From: Candidatus Bipolaricaulia bacterium
GTDB lineage: Bacteria; Bipolaricaulota; Bipolaricaulia; RBG-16-55-9
Reading direction: 5' to 3'
DNA length: 34,680 bases
Assembly: GCA_042219045.1 (NCBI GenBank)
Contig: JBDGQO010000031.1
Span: 1-34,680 of the forward strand
In this document: piece after piece, positions 16,250 through 24,132 of the stretch
Layout of the letters: every line of letters begins with the position of its first letter
Numbering within the stretch: the first letter of the stretch is position 1
The notes under the pieces: model-generated
Database searches by the model: none
What the model was told of the DNA's origin: nothing
The model's input: the letters and a program-made list of their open reading frames with translations, nothing else
Made by a program: the position numbers and the translations under genes

Positions 16250-16915
16250 TTGCCCGATCTGCGCATTCTGCTGGCCGTCGCCTTGGTGGCCGTCCTCGGT
16301 CTCGTTCTGCTCCAAGGGCCGTCCCTGCTTCCCGATTCGTCGACGATGCAACCACGAAGCGAGCAGGGACACCACAACGACGACCAAGCCCATCACGACG
16401 AGGGTCAGCAGCATGAGGACCACCACGGCCCATCCGATTCGAGTGAGTCCGCATCAAGGCCAGCAGAGGAGGACGTCCACGTCGTTCGCCTGATCAGCAC
16501 GGGCGACGGGGAATACCACTTCGAGCCCCATGTGGTCCGACTCCAGCCGGGCGACACCGTCCGCTGGAAGCTCGAATCCGGGACGCACACGACGACGGCC
16601 TACCATCCGGCCAACGGCGATCGGCCGCGCCGCATCCCCGAGGGCGCCGAGCCCTGGGACTCCGGCTTTCTGACCGAGGACGGGTCGACGACGTTCGAGC
16701 GGACGTTCACCGTGGAGGGCGTCTACGACTACTTCTGCGTTCCGCACGAGGGCTACGGCATGGTCGGCACGCTCGTGGTCGGCGAGCCAACGGATGGACC
16801 CGGCCTCAGCGAGCCGCCGTCGAGTCTCCCGGAGACGGCACGGACGAAGATCCGCGAGCTGAACGCGATGGTGCGGACCGGCTCAGGTTCCGACGGCCAT
16901 GGTCACGCGGAGTGA
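16250..16915 (+). CDS. Halocyanin/plastocyanin-like blue copper protein with His-rich linker
   Basis: N-terminal hydrophobic anchor; FEPHVV..PGDTVRW, HTTTAYH, GVYDYFCVPHEGYGMVG (His/Cys/His/Met type-1 site). TTG start after GGAGG. Confidence 0.88.
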   Translation: MPDLRILLAVALVAVLGLVLLQGPSLLPDSSTMQPRSEQGHHNDDQAHHDEGQQHEDHHGPSDSSESASRPAEEDVHVVRLISTGDGEYHFEPHVVRLQPGDTVRWKLESGTHTTTAYHPANGDRPRRIPEGAEPWDSGFLTEDGSTTFERTFTVEGVYDYFCVPHEGYGMVGTLVVGEPTDGPGLSEPPSSLPETARTKIRELNAMVRTGSGSDGHGHAE

Positions 16916-17006
16916 GTTGTCCACTGGACAGTGGACGCCTGGTTCCTCTGGATAGGGCGCCCGGACGTGGCGAACGTCAGACCTCGCGAACTGGGGGATC
17001 GAAGGG

Positions 17007-17372
17007 TCAGTCGGATGAGTGCTCGACGTGTTCGTGGCACTCGTTGAACAGGCTCATGACGTGATCGTCGTCGAGCGCGTAGAAGATGGAGCGCCCCTCG
17101 CGCCGCGTTCGGACCAACCGCATCAGGCGTAGGATCTTGAGATGGTGGGAGACCGCCGACTGGCCCATCTCCAGCAGGGCGGCCAAGTCGTGCACGCATA
17201 GCTCGTCTTGACTGAGTAAATAGAGAATCCGGACGCGGGCCGGGTCGGAGAGGGCTTTGAACGTCTCGGCCATGTCACGGCTGATGTCGCCCGGCGGGAT
17301 GCCCGCGGTCAGCTCTTCGGCCCGCTTGGCCGTGCAGCAATGGAACTCGTGCGTCGTGCTCTGGGCGCTCAC
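17007..17372 (-). CDS. ArsR/SmtB-family metal-sensing repressor (CadC/ZiaR-like)
   Basis: FKALSDPARVRIL, ELCVHDLA, QSAVSHHLKILR, alpha5 DDDHV...HEHVEH. GTG 17372 after GGGAGG. Confidence 0.92.
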   Translation of the reverse strand: MSAQSTTHEFHCCTAKRAEELTAGIPPGDISRDMAETFKALSDPARVRILYLLSQDELCVHDLAALLEMGQSAVSHHLKILRLMRLVRTRREGRSIFYALDDDHVMSLFNECHEHVEHSSD

Positions 17373-17430
17373 GGTTCGCCTCCCATCTCGCATTGTAGGT
17401 CCAGCATGCCATAACAACAACGGAACCCGG

Positions 17431-17479
17431 TTGTCACACGTGCGGGATCATGTTATAAACGTATGAATGAACGTTGATA
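17431..17479 (+). promoter_or_regulatory. Promoter and SmtB/CadC-type operator of the ATPase
   Basis: TTGTCA (17431-17436), 17 nt, TATAAA (17454-17459); imperfect inverted repeat TATGAA-n6-TTGATA (17462-17479). Confidence 0.7.
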
Positions 17480-17500
17480 TAAGAATCAAGGGCCGTGCCC

Positions 17501-19462
17501 ATGTCATCCAACGCGCCGACCGCCACGATAACCTGCGACCGCTGCCGCCAGTCGGGGAGTCACTTCTGGCTCCACGCGGAGAGCCTCTTCGCTTGGGGCG
17601 CGGGGGCGTTCCTGCTGCTCGGTCTGGCTACGCTCGTGCTATGGGGCAACGCCCCTGTCATTCAGATCGGCTCGATGGGACTCGGCGTGAGCACGTTGCT
17701 GTTGCTCGGGGCCGTCGCCGTCGGCAGCGTCCCGATCGGGCGCCATGCGCTCGAGTCCGTGATCGAGCGCCGGCTCGGCATCAACCTCCTCATGGCCGTC
17801 GCCATCGTCGGCGCGGTCGCCATCGGCGAGACGATCGAGGCGGCCAGCCTGGCGTTCCTCTTTCTGTTGGCGGAGCGCCTGGAGGACTACGCCGTGGAGC
17901 GCTCGCACCGCTCGCTCCAGGAGCTCGTCGAGCTGGCGCCCCAGCAAGCCCGCGTCCTAACCGACGACGGCGAAGTGACGCGGCACGTGGAAGCGATTTC
18001 CGTTGAGGACCACATCGCCGTGCGGCCCGGCGAGCGCATCCCGCTGGACGGCGTCATCATGGGAGGGAAGTCGAGCGTGGACGAGGCGACCATCACGGGC
18101 GAGTCCCTGCCATCCGACAAATCCCAGGGCGACGAGGTCTTTGCCGGAACGCTCAACCAGTCCGGCTATCTGGAAATTCGCGTCAGTAAGCGGGCAGACG
18201 ACACGACGTTGGCGCGGGTCATCCAGTTGGTCTCCGAGGCCGAGGAGCAGAAGGCCCCGATCGAGCGGTTTGTCGATCAGTTCGGGCGGATCTACACGCC
18301 TGCAGTGGTCGGTGTCGCGGTCGGCGTGGCGACGATTCCGACGCTGCTCTTGAACGTCCCCTTCGAGACCTGGTTCCTGCGGGCGATCACACTGCTCGTC
18401 ATCGCCTGTCCCTGCGCGATGGTGATCTCCACGCCCGTCTCGGTGGTCTCGGCCATTTCGAGCGCGGCGCGCCGCGGCGTGCTCATCAAGGGCGGGCAGT
18501 TCCTCGAATCCCTAGGCGAGGTCCGCGCGATCGCCTTCGACAAGACGGGGACGCTCACCACGGGCGAACTGGCCGTGACCGACGTCGTGCCGCTCAACGG
18601 CTATGGCGAGTCGGACGTGCTCCGCTTCGCGGCGTCGCTGGAGGGACAGAGCGAACACCCCATCGCGCAAGCCATTCTCCAATCAGCCCCAGATGAGCGG
18701 CTGCCCCAGGTTGAGGACTTCGAGGCGATGGCGGGACGGGGCGTCCAGGGTCGCGTCGAGGGGACGCGCTACGATCTCGGCACGCCGGCGCTCTTCCAAG
18801 ATCGGCTCCACGACGTGCCACAGGCGCGCGTCGACGATCTCCAGCGAGCCGGCAAGACGACGATGCTGCTCGGCACCGACGCCGAGCTTATCGGGTTGAT
18901 CGGCGTGGCCGACGAGGTCCGCCCGGAGGCGAGGTCCGCGGTGCGCGAGCTGCAGTCGCTGGGCATCGAGGTGGCCATGTTCACCGGCGACAACGCCGGC
19001 ACTGCCCGTGCCATCGCGGATCAGCTCGGGATCGAGCGCTACCACGCCGAGCTGCTGCCGGAGCAAAAGCTGACCGAGATCGAGCGCCTCTCGGACGAAT
19101 ACGGCAACGCTGCCATGATCGGCGACGGGATCAACGACGCGCCGGCCCTGGCCCGCTCGACGATCGGCATCGCCATGGGCGCAGCCGGCTCGGACACCGC
19201 CCTCGAAACGGCCGACGTGGCCCTCATGGCCGATGATCTGGGGCAAGTGCCAGAACTGGTGCGGCTCAGTCGACGGTCGCGCAGCGTCATCCGCCAGAAC
19301 ATCGCCAGCGCCATCATCGTGAAGCTGGCGCTGGGATTGGCTGTCTTTCCCGGCTGGGTGTCGCTGGTCGCTGCCGTGCTGATTGGCGACATGGGCATGA
19401 CGCTCGGCGTCACGGGCAACGCGATGCGGTTGGCGCGATCCCGAGCCCTCTCTTCATCGTAG
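17501..19462 (+). CDS. Heavy-metal P1B-2 ATPase (Zn/Cd/Pb, CadA/ZntA type)
   Basis: TGES, CPC, DKTGT, SEHP, TGDN, GDGINDAP; Lys in IVKLAL and DxG in GDMG are the P1B-2 transmembrane signatures. Confidence 0.93.
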   Translation: MSSNAPTATITCDRCRQSGSHFWLHAESLFAWGAGAFLLLGLATLVLWGNAPVIQIGSMGLGVSTLLLLGAVAVGSVPIGRHALESVIERRLGINLLMAVAIVGAVAIGETIEAASLAFLFLLAERLEDYAVERSHRSLQELVELAPQQARVLTDDGEVTRHVEAISVEDHIAVRPGERIPLDGVIMGGKSSVDEATITGESLPSDKSQGDEVFAGTLNQSGYLEIRVSKRADDTTLARVIQLVSEAEEQKAPIERFVDQFGRIYTPAVVGVAVGVATIPTLLLNVPFETWFLRAITLLVIACPCAMVISTPVSVVSAISSAARRGVLIKGGQFLESLGEVRAIAFDKTGTLTTGELAVTDVVPLNGYGESDVLRFAASLEGQSEHPIAQAILQSAPDERLPQVEDFEAMAGRGVQGRVEGTRYDLGTPALFQDRLHDVPQARVDDLQRAGKTTMLLGTDAELIGLIGVADEVRPEARSAVRELQSLGIEVAMFTGDNAGTARAIADQLGIERYHAELLPEQKLTEIERLSDEYGNAAMIGDGINDAPALARSTIGIAMGAAGSDTALETADVALMADDLGQVPELVRLSRRSRSVIRQNIASAIIVKLALGLAVFPGWVSLVAAVLIGDMGMTLGVTGNAMRLARSRALSSS

Positions 19463-19531
19463 ATACCCGGACGCTGCCCCATCAACTGCCAAGCCGACCT
19501 TCAGATGCCTCCTACTCAACTCAGTGCCTGC

Positions 19532-19586
19532 TTGACATGCCTTGTCATCAATGTTAATGTGACTCTCAATTACGACTTAACTCGTA
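19532..19586 (+). promoter_or_regulatory. Promoter and palindromic operator of the blaI-like operon
   Basis: TTGACA (19532-19537), 17 nt, TAATGT (19555-19560); inverted repeat TACGA-n6-TCGTA (19571-19586). Confidence 0.65.
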
Positions 19587-19595
19587 GGTGAGAGC

Positions 19596-20003
19596 GTGCC
19601 ACGACCGAAATCGCCGATTTTGACGGAAGGCGAACTACGGGTTATGAAAGCGTTATGGGATCAGGGAGCGTCAACGGTCCGCGGCGTCATGGCGGCGCTG
19701 CCCGATGACGCGACACCGGCCTACACCACTGTCGCCTCCACGCTCCAGACGCTGGAGACAAAGGGCGTTGTGGGTCGCGAGCGCCACGGCCGCGCCTATC
19801 GCTATTACCCGCAATTGACCCGAAGCGAGGCACGACATCAAGCGCTGCGCTACGTTCTGGCACGGTTCTTCAACAACTCGTCAGAGCGCCTGCTCTTGAA
19901 CCTCGCCGAGCACGACGAACTCGACGCCGACACGCTCACGCGCTTGCAGTCGCTGTTGGACGAGTCCGATGACGAATCTGAGCCTCAAGGGGGCAGCACA
20001 TGA
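19596..20003 (+). CDS. BlaI/MecI/CopY-family repressor
   Basis: LTEGELRVMKALW, AYTTVASTLQTLETKG, GRAYRYYP, RFFNNS. Confidence 0.93.
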   Translation: MPRPKSPILTEGELRVMKALWDQGASTVRGVMAALPDDATPAYTTVASTLQTLETKGVVGRERHGRAYRYYPQLTRSEARHQALRYVLARFFNNSSERLLLNLAEHDELDADTLTRLQSLLDESDDESEPQGGST

Positions 20004-23000
20004 ATGCCATCGACGGGCTGATGCCCGTAGCCGTTCCGATCGCGGACTATCTGTTGGACAGCCTCGTGCTGGGCACGGCGTTGACGGGGCTGGTTACGCT
20101 GTTGCTCCGTCTGTGGCGCGGCTTGAACCCATCCACTCGCTACGTTGTCTGGCTCGGGGCGCTGCTCGCCGTGGTGGCGTTGCCGATGCTGGCTCCCCTG
20201 GACGCATCGCCCTGGAACGACGCCCTTCCGGTCCTGTCATCCGCCGAGACGGCGTCCCCGTCGTCCCCGTCGACCTCGAGCCCGCCGCCCCCGTCGGGAC
20301 CCGAGACCGCCACGCCGTCCGACGACGACGGGGCGTCAGCGTCCGCCGTCCCGAGCGAGCCGAAGACCGAAGCGGGCGACGATCGGCCGTCCGGTGCGTC
20401 ATCCCCAGCGCCGACACGCTCGGCTGCGTCGGTGGCTGAGGCGAGCCCGTCTCCCGACGCATGGCAGTTGCCCGCGACCGCGGCGCTGGGCCTCCTCGGC
20501 CTCTGGGCGCTGGCGGCCTTGGTCGCTCTCGCGCGAAGGGCAAGCGCGTACGCCCACCTCGCTCGGCGCCGACGCGCGAGCGAGCCGGTTGAGCCCGATC
20601 TCCAACGCCGCTGGCTCGACTTGGCCCAGCGCGAGGGCGTCAACCGGGCGTTCGACCTTCGCCGTTGCGACGAGATCGCCTCGCCGATGATTGCGGGATG
20701 CGGCCGGCCTGCGGTGCTGTTGCCCCCTCGCTTGCTCGAGCGGATCTCGGCCGAGGATCTCGATCGACTGGTCCTGCACGAGCTCGCCCACCTCGCCCGT
20801 TGGGACGACGTCCTCAAATGGGCGCAGGAGCTGATTCAAGCCTTGCTCGTCCTGCACCCGGCGGTCGGATGGATCGGACGAAACCTCGATGTGGAACGGG
20901 AGATGGCCTGCGACGACTGGGCCGTCACCCGACACGCCCAGAGCCGCGACCGCTACGCCGCCAGCCTGGAGCAGCTGGTCCGTTGGGCGGTGCAGGACCG
21001 CGCCCAACCCCCGAAGGGACGTGACAGCGCCTTGACGGCACGGACGGACCTGGAAAGGAGGATGCGACGGATGCTGCGTAGTACCCGAACGGCAAGCGCG
21101 CGACTGATGCGGATGAAGTTGGCCGGGGCGATCGGCCTGCTCCTTGTGGGGGCTGGGGGCCTGGCTCTGACGATGCCGACGCTCGGGGTCGGAAGCGCTG
21201 GTGCGCTCGGCCCGCTGGCGGCTTCCCAACCGCAAGCCTGTGACGTGACGCTCTCGCCCGATCAATCCATCCAGTCGGCCATTGCTGATGCCGACAGCGG
21301 CGCCACGATCTGTCTCGAGTCGGGCGAGTGGGAAGAGAGCGTCGCCATTTCGAAGCCGTTGACGCTTCGGGGACTCGGTGACGAGCGGGTGACGATCCGC
21401 GGCACCGAGGAGAGCACCCCCGACGGCTTCACGTCCGTGGTGCTCATCCGAGGTGAGAACGTCGACATCACCCTCCAGAACCTCGAACTCCTCAGTGCCC
21501 AACCCGGAAACCTGAACGGCGTTCAAGTGGCCGGAAGCACCTTGACCCAGTCCGCGAGCTTGAGCGTTCAAGACACGCGCATCGCGAAGACCGAGGTAGG
21601 CATGCGCGTGAATGGTCCCAATGTGACGGCGACCGTGCGCAACGCGGTGATTGAAGACAATGAAGGGTTCGGAATTGTGGCCGACCGAGCGGAGTCGCTG
21701 ACGGTCATCGACAGCATGATACGTGAGAACGTTGGCATCGGCATCGATCTCAAACGAGGTGTTCAGGCGACCGTGCGAGGCTCAACCATCCGGGGCACGA
21801 AACCGCTTACTGGCGGCGGAACGATGCTGACGGCCAAGACCAGCATCGGCATCAACGTGGGAACCGATAGTCAGCTCCGACTGGTGGATTCCGTCGTCGC
21901 GAACAACGGAGCAAGCGAAGTGAGCGGCCAATTCCCGGTGATGGCCAGTTTCGCTAATACTGGTGTCAACGTGGGCCAATTCGCTAGCGGGCCCACGTCT
22001 CAAGCGTCGGCTCAGGCCGAGATCGTGAGCAGCCAGATCCAGGCGAACCGTGTGGGATTGGTTCTTGGTGAAACATCCGACCTTCACATGGAAGGAACCA
22101 CGGTCAACGACAGTCTCAGTTGGGGCGTGGCGGGGGCCGCAGCTCCATGTCTGCTAACCGACCGTGCGGCATCTATCGTCCCGTCTCGCATCAGCGGCAA
22201 CGTAACGTTTGCTGGCGATAATGTCGTTCGCAACAACAACACGTCTGGCACACTCGACGGCAAGGGCAACCCCGGCAATCATCCGTTCACGGATCTGCCC
22301 GACGGGCAAGTCTGTCTGCCAATGGGCGAACCGAGCGAGTCCGAGGAGAATGAGGACTCGGCACAGGCCGTGCCGGCCGAGTGCACCGTGGCTCTCGCGC
22401 CGGAGGAATCCATCCAAGCCGCGATCGATGAAGCGAGCAGTGGCGACACGATCTGTCTGAAATCGGGCGAGTACCGGGGCGTGGCACTTCGGAAATCCAT
22501 CACGCTGCGCGGGCTCGGCGACGAGCGCGTAACGATTCAAGGACGGGCCACGCAAGGCGAAAGCGGCGACGAAGGATTCTCCGTAGCTGTCTTAATGCAG
22601 CGAGCAGAACTCGATGTCGAGTTACGCAATCTCGAGCTCGTCCAGGCAGATTTCGGCATCTTCATGGCGAACAACGACTCATTAAGCCTGACTGTCGACA
22701 ACGTTCGAGTTGCCCAGACCAACGTGGTGGGAATCACGGTAGACGGTCAAAATGTGACAGCCCAGATACGCAATTCCATCATCGAAGCTAACGGAGGCGG
22801 GTTGAACGGAGTCGGCATCCAAGCGCGAGGGGACCTCAACCTGACCGTTACCGACACGCGCATCGTCAACAATGAAGCCCCAGTCGGCTTCAGCGTTGAA
22901 CGCGGTGCAACGGCTGTCGTTCGGGATACGACCATCCGAGGCAACGCGTTTTCGGGAACCGGCGTCGGCATCAACCTTGGCGAGGGGCATCTGCGCCTCA

Positions 23001-23431
23001 TCAACTCGGTTGTGCGCAACAACGGGGGCATGTCAGAAGGGCGTGGAGATCTGGTTCGAAATGCCGGGCTCAACATCGGCGTGATCGGTTGGACGGTTCT
23101 GAACCTAGCCCCATCCCCCGCCTCAGCCGAGATTCGCGGTAGCGAGATTGCCGGCAACCGCCGCGGCATCATGCTCGGGCCAACGGCCGAGGCGAGTTTA
23201 CAGGGAAACCGAGTGCGTCAGAACGTCGGTTGGGGCTTGGCGACGCTCGCAAGCCCCTGCGTTGAGCAACCGCCGGGCGATTTCACTACGTTCAACGGCG
23301 ATATGGAGTTTGCAGGCGGCAATACCATCGAAGGCAACAACACGTCGGGCGCCCTCGACGGCAAAGGCAATCCGGGCGAGCATCCGTTCACGGATCTGCC
23401 AGACGGGCAGGTCTGTCTTCCCCAAGACTGA
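20000..23431 (+). CDS. M56 (BlaR1-like) metallopeptidase transducer with two extracellular right-handed beta-helix modules
   Basis: RYVVW, SPMIAG..RPAVLLP, HELAHLARWD, EMACD, LERRMRRML, then a TM helix and two homologous pectin-lyase-like modules; ATGA overlap with the repressor. Confidence 0.88.
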   Translation: MNAIDGLMPVAVPIADYLLDSLVLGTALTGLVTLLLRLWRGLNPSTRYVVWLGALLAVVALPMLAPLDASPWNDALPVLSSAETASPSSPSTSSPPPPSGPETATPSDDDGASASAVPSEPKTEAGDDRPSGASSPAPTRSAASVAEASPSPDAWQLPATAALGLLGLWALAALVALARRASAYAHLARRRRASEPVEPDLQRRWLDLAQREGVNRAFDLRRCDEIASPMIAGCGRPAVLLPPRLLERISAEDLDRLVLHELAHLARWDDVLKWAQELIQALLVLHPAVGWIGRNLDVEREMACDDWAVTRHAQSRDRYAASLEQLVRWAVQDRAQPPKGRDSALTARTDLERRMRRMLRSTRTASARLMRMKLAGAIGLLLVGAGGLALTMPTLGVGSAGALGPLAASQPQACDVTLSPDQSIQSAIADADSGATICLESGEWEESVAISKPLTLRGLGDERVTIRGTEESTPDGFTSVVLIRGENVDITLQNLELLSAQPGNLNGVQVAGSTLTQSASLSVQDTRIAKTEVGMRVNGPNVTATVRNAVIEDNEGFGIVADRAESLTVIDSMIRENVGIGIDLKRGVQATVRGSTIRGTKPLTGGGTMLTAKTSIGINVGTDSQLRLVDSVVANNGASEVSGQFPVMASFANTGVNVGQFASGPTSQASAQAEIVSSQIQANRVGLVLGETSDLHMEGTTVNDSLSWGVAGAAAPCLLTDRAASIVPSRISGNVTFAGDNVVRNNNTSGTLDGKGNPGNHPFTDLPDGQVCLPMGEPSESEENEDSAQAVPAECTVALAPEESIQAAIDEASSGDTICLKSGEYRGVALRKSITLRGLGDERVTIQGRATQGESGDEGFSVAVLMQRAELDVELRNLELVQADFGIFMANNDSLSLTVDNVRVAQTNVVGITVDGQNVTAQIRNSIIEANGGGLNGVGIQARGDLNLTVTDTRIVNNEAPVGFSVERGATAVVRDTTIRGNAFSGTGVGINLGEGHLRLINSVVRNNGGMSEGRGDLVRNAGLNIGVIGWTVLNLAPSPASAEIRGSEIAGNRRGIMLGPTAEASLQGNRVRQNVGWGLATLASPCVEQPPGDFTTFNGDMEFAGGNTIEGNNTSGALDGKGNPGEHPFTDLPDGQVCLPQD
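21239..23424 (+). repeat. Internal tandem duplication of a ~350-aa module
   Basis: Modules start CDVTLSPDQSIQSAI (21239) and CTVALAPEESIQAAI (22382); both end NNTSG.LDGKGNPG.HPFTDLPDGQVCLP. Confidence 0.9.
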
Positions 23432-23488
23432 CGCAATTCATACGACTCCAGGGGATAAGGACCCTTATGTCGGGGTCTGAGTTGAAGC

Positions 23489-23529
23489 ACGAGGCCGACC
23501 CCGAGGGGGAAGATCGGAGCCGGCCTCGT
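23489..23529 (-). terminator. 3' hairpin of the cupredoxin operon
   Basis: 16-bp stem ACGAGGCCGGCTCCGA / TCGGGGTCGGCCTCGT with G-U pairs on the minus strand, between convergent genes; no clear U tract. Confidence 0.55.
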
Positions 23530-23568
23530 CCATGGGGGCAACGGGCTCAGGTAAGAGGGGCGCGTCGA

Positions 23569-24081
23569 TCAGTTAATGATGAGCGGCGCCTTCATGCCGG
23601 CCTGGTAGTGACCTGACACGAAGCAGCCGATCTCCCACTCGCCCGTGGCGTCGTCGGGCAGGAAGATGTGCAGCAGAAACTCGTTGCCCGGGGTGACGTT
23701 GACGCTCACGAACCCGCTGCCGATCGCGCCGCCGCCGAAGAGGTTCTCGCGATAGCCGCCGAGGCCGCTCGCGTCGGCGTCCCGGCCCATGGAGATGAGG
23801 TGGATCACATTCCCCTCGTTGATGACGCGTATCAAGAGTTCCTCTCCTGCGGGCAATTCAATCGGGGCGTTCTTCTCGCGTCGGCCGTCTGACGTGATCT
23901 CTTGGAAGTAGAACTCGCCCATCGCGATCTCCGTGTCGGGCTCACGGACCTTATCGAAGCTCTCCGGCGACTGGGCTAGGGCCCGGTGCCCGTTGAACAG
24001 CGCAGATCCACCGGCGGCGGCGACGCCGCCGAGCGCGGCGAGGCCCGTTCCGCGAAGCAGGTTACGACGTGTGATGCTCAT
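23569..24081 (-). CDS. Tat-exported cupredoxin (CopI/auracyanin-like)
   Basis: TRRNLL Tat motif, ALA cleavage site; NEGNVIH and CFVSGHYQAGM type-1 copper ligands. Confidence 0.82.
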   Translation of the reverse strand: MSITRRNLLRGTGLAALGGVAAAGGSALFNGHRALAQSPESFDKVREPDTEIAMGEFYFQEITSDGRREKNAPIELPAGEELLIRVINEGNVIHLISMGRDADASGLGGYRENLFGGGAIGSGFVSVNVTPGNEFLLHIFLPDDATGEWEIGCFVSGHYQAGMKAPLIIN

Positions 24082-24132
24082 GGCATCTCCTCCTTGTGAG
24101 TTGATGAGGGTTGCGTTTCACTCGTTGACATG

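Noticed and set aside
23454..23469. Third copy of the TAAG-n4-CTTA palindrome
   Set aside because: Lies between convergent genes inside a probable 3' hairpin of the M56 gene.
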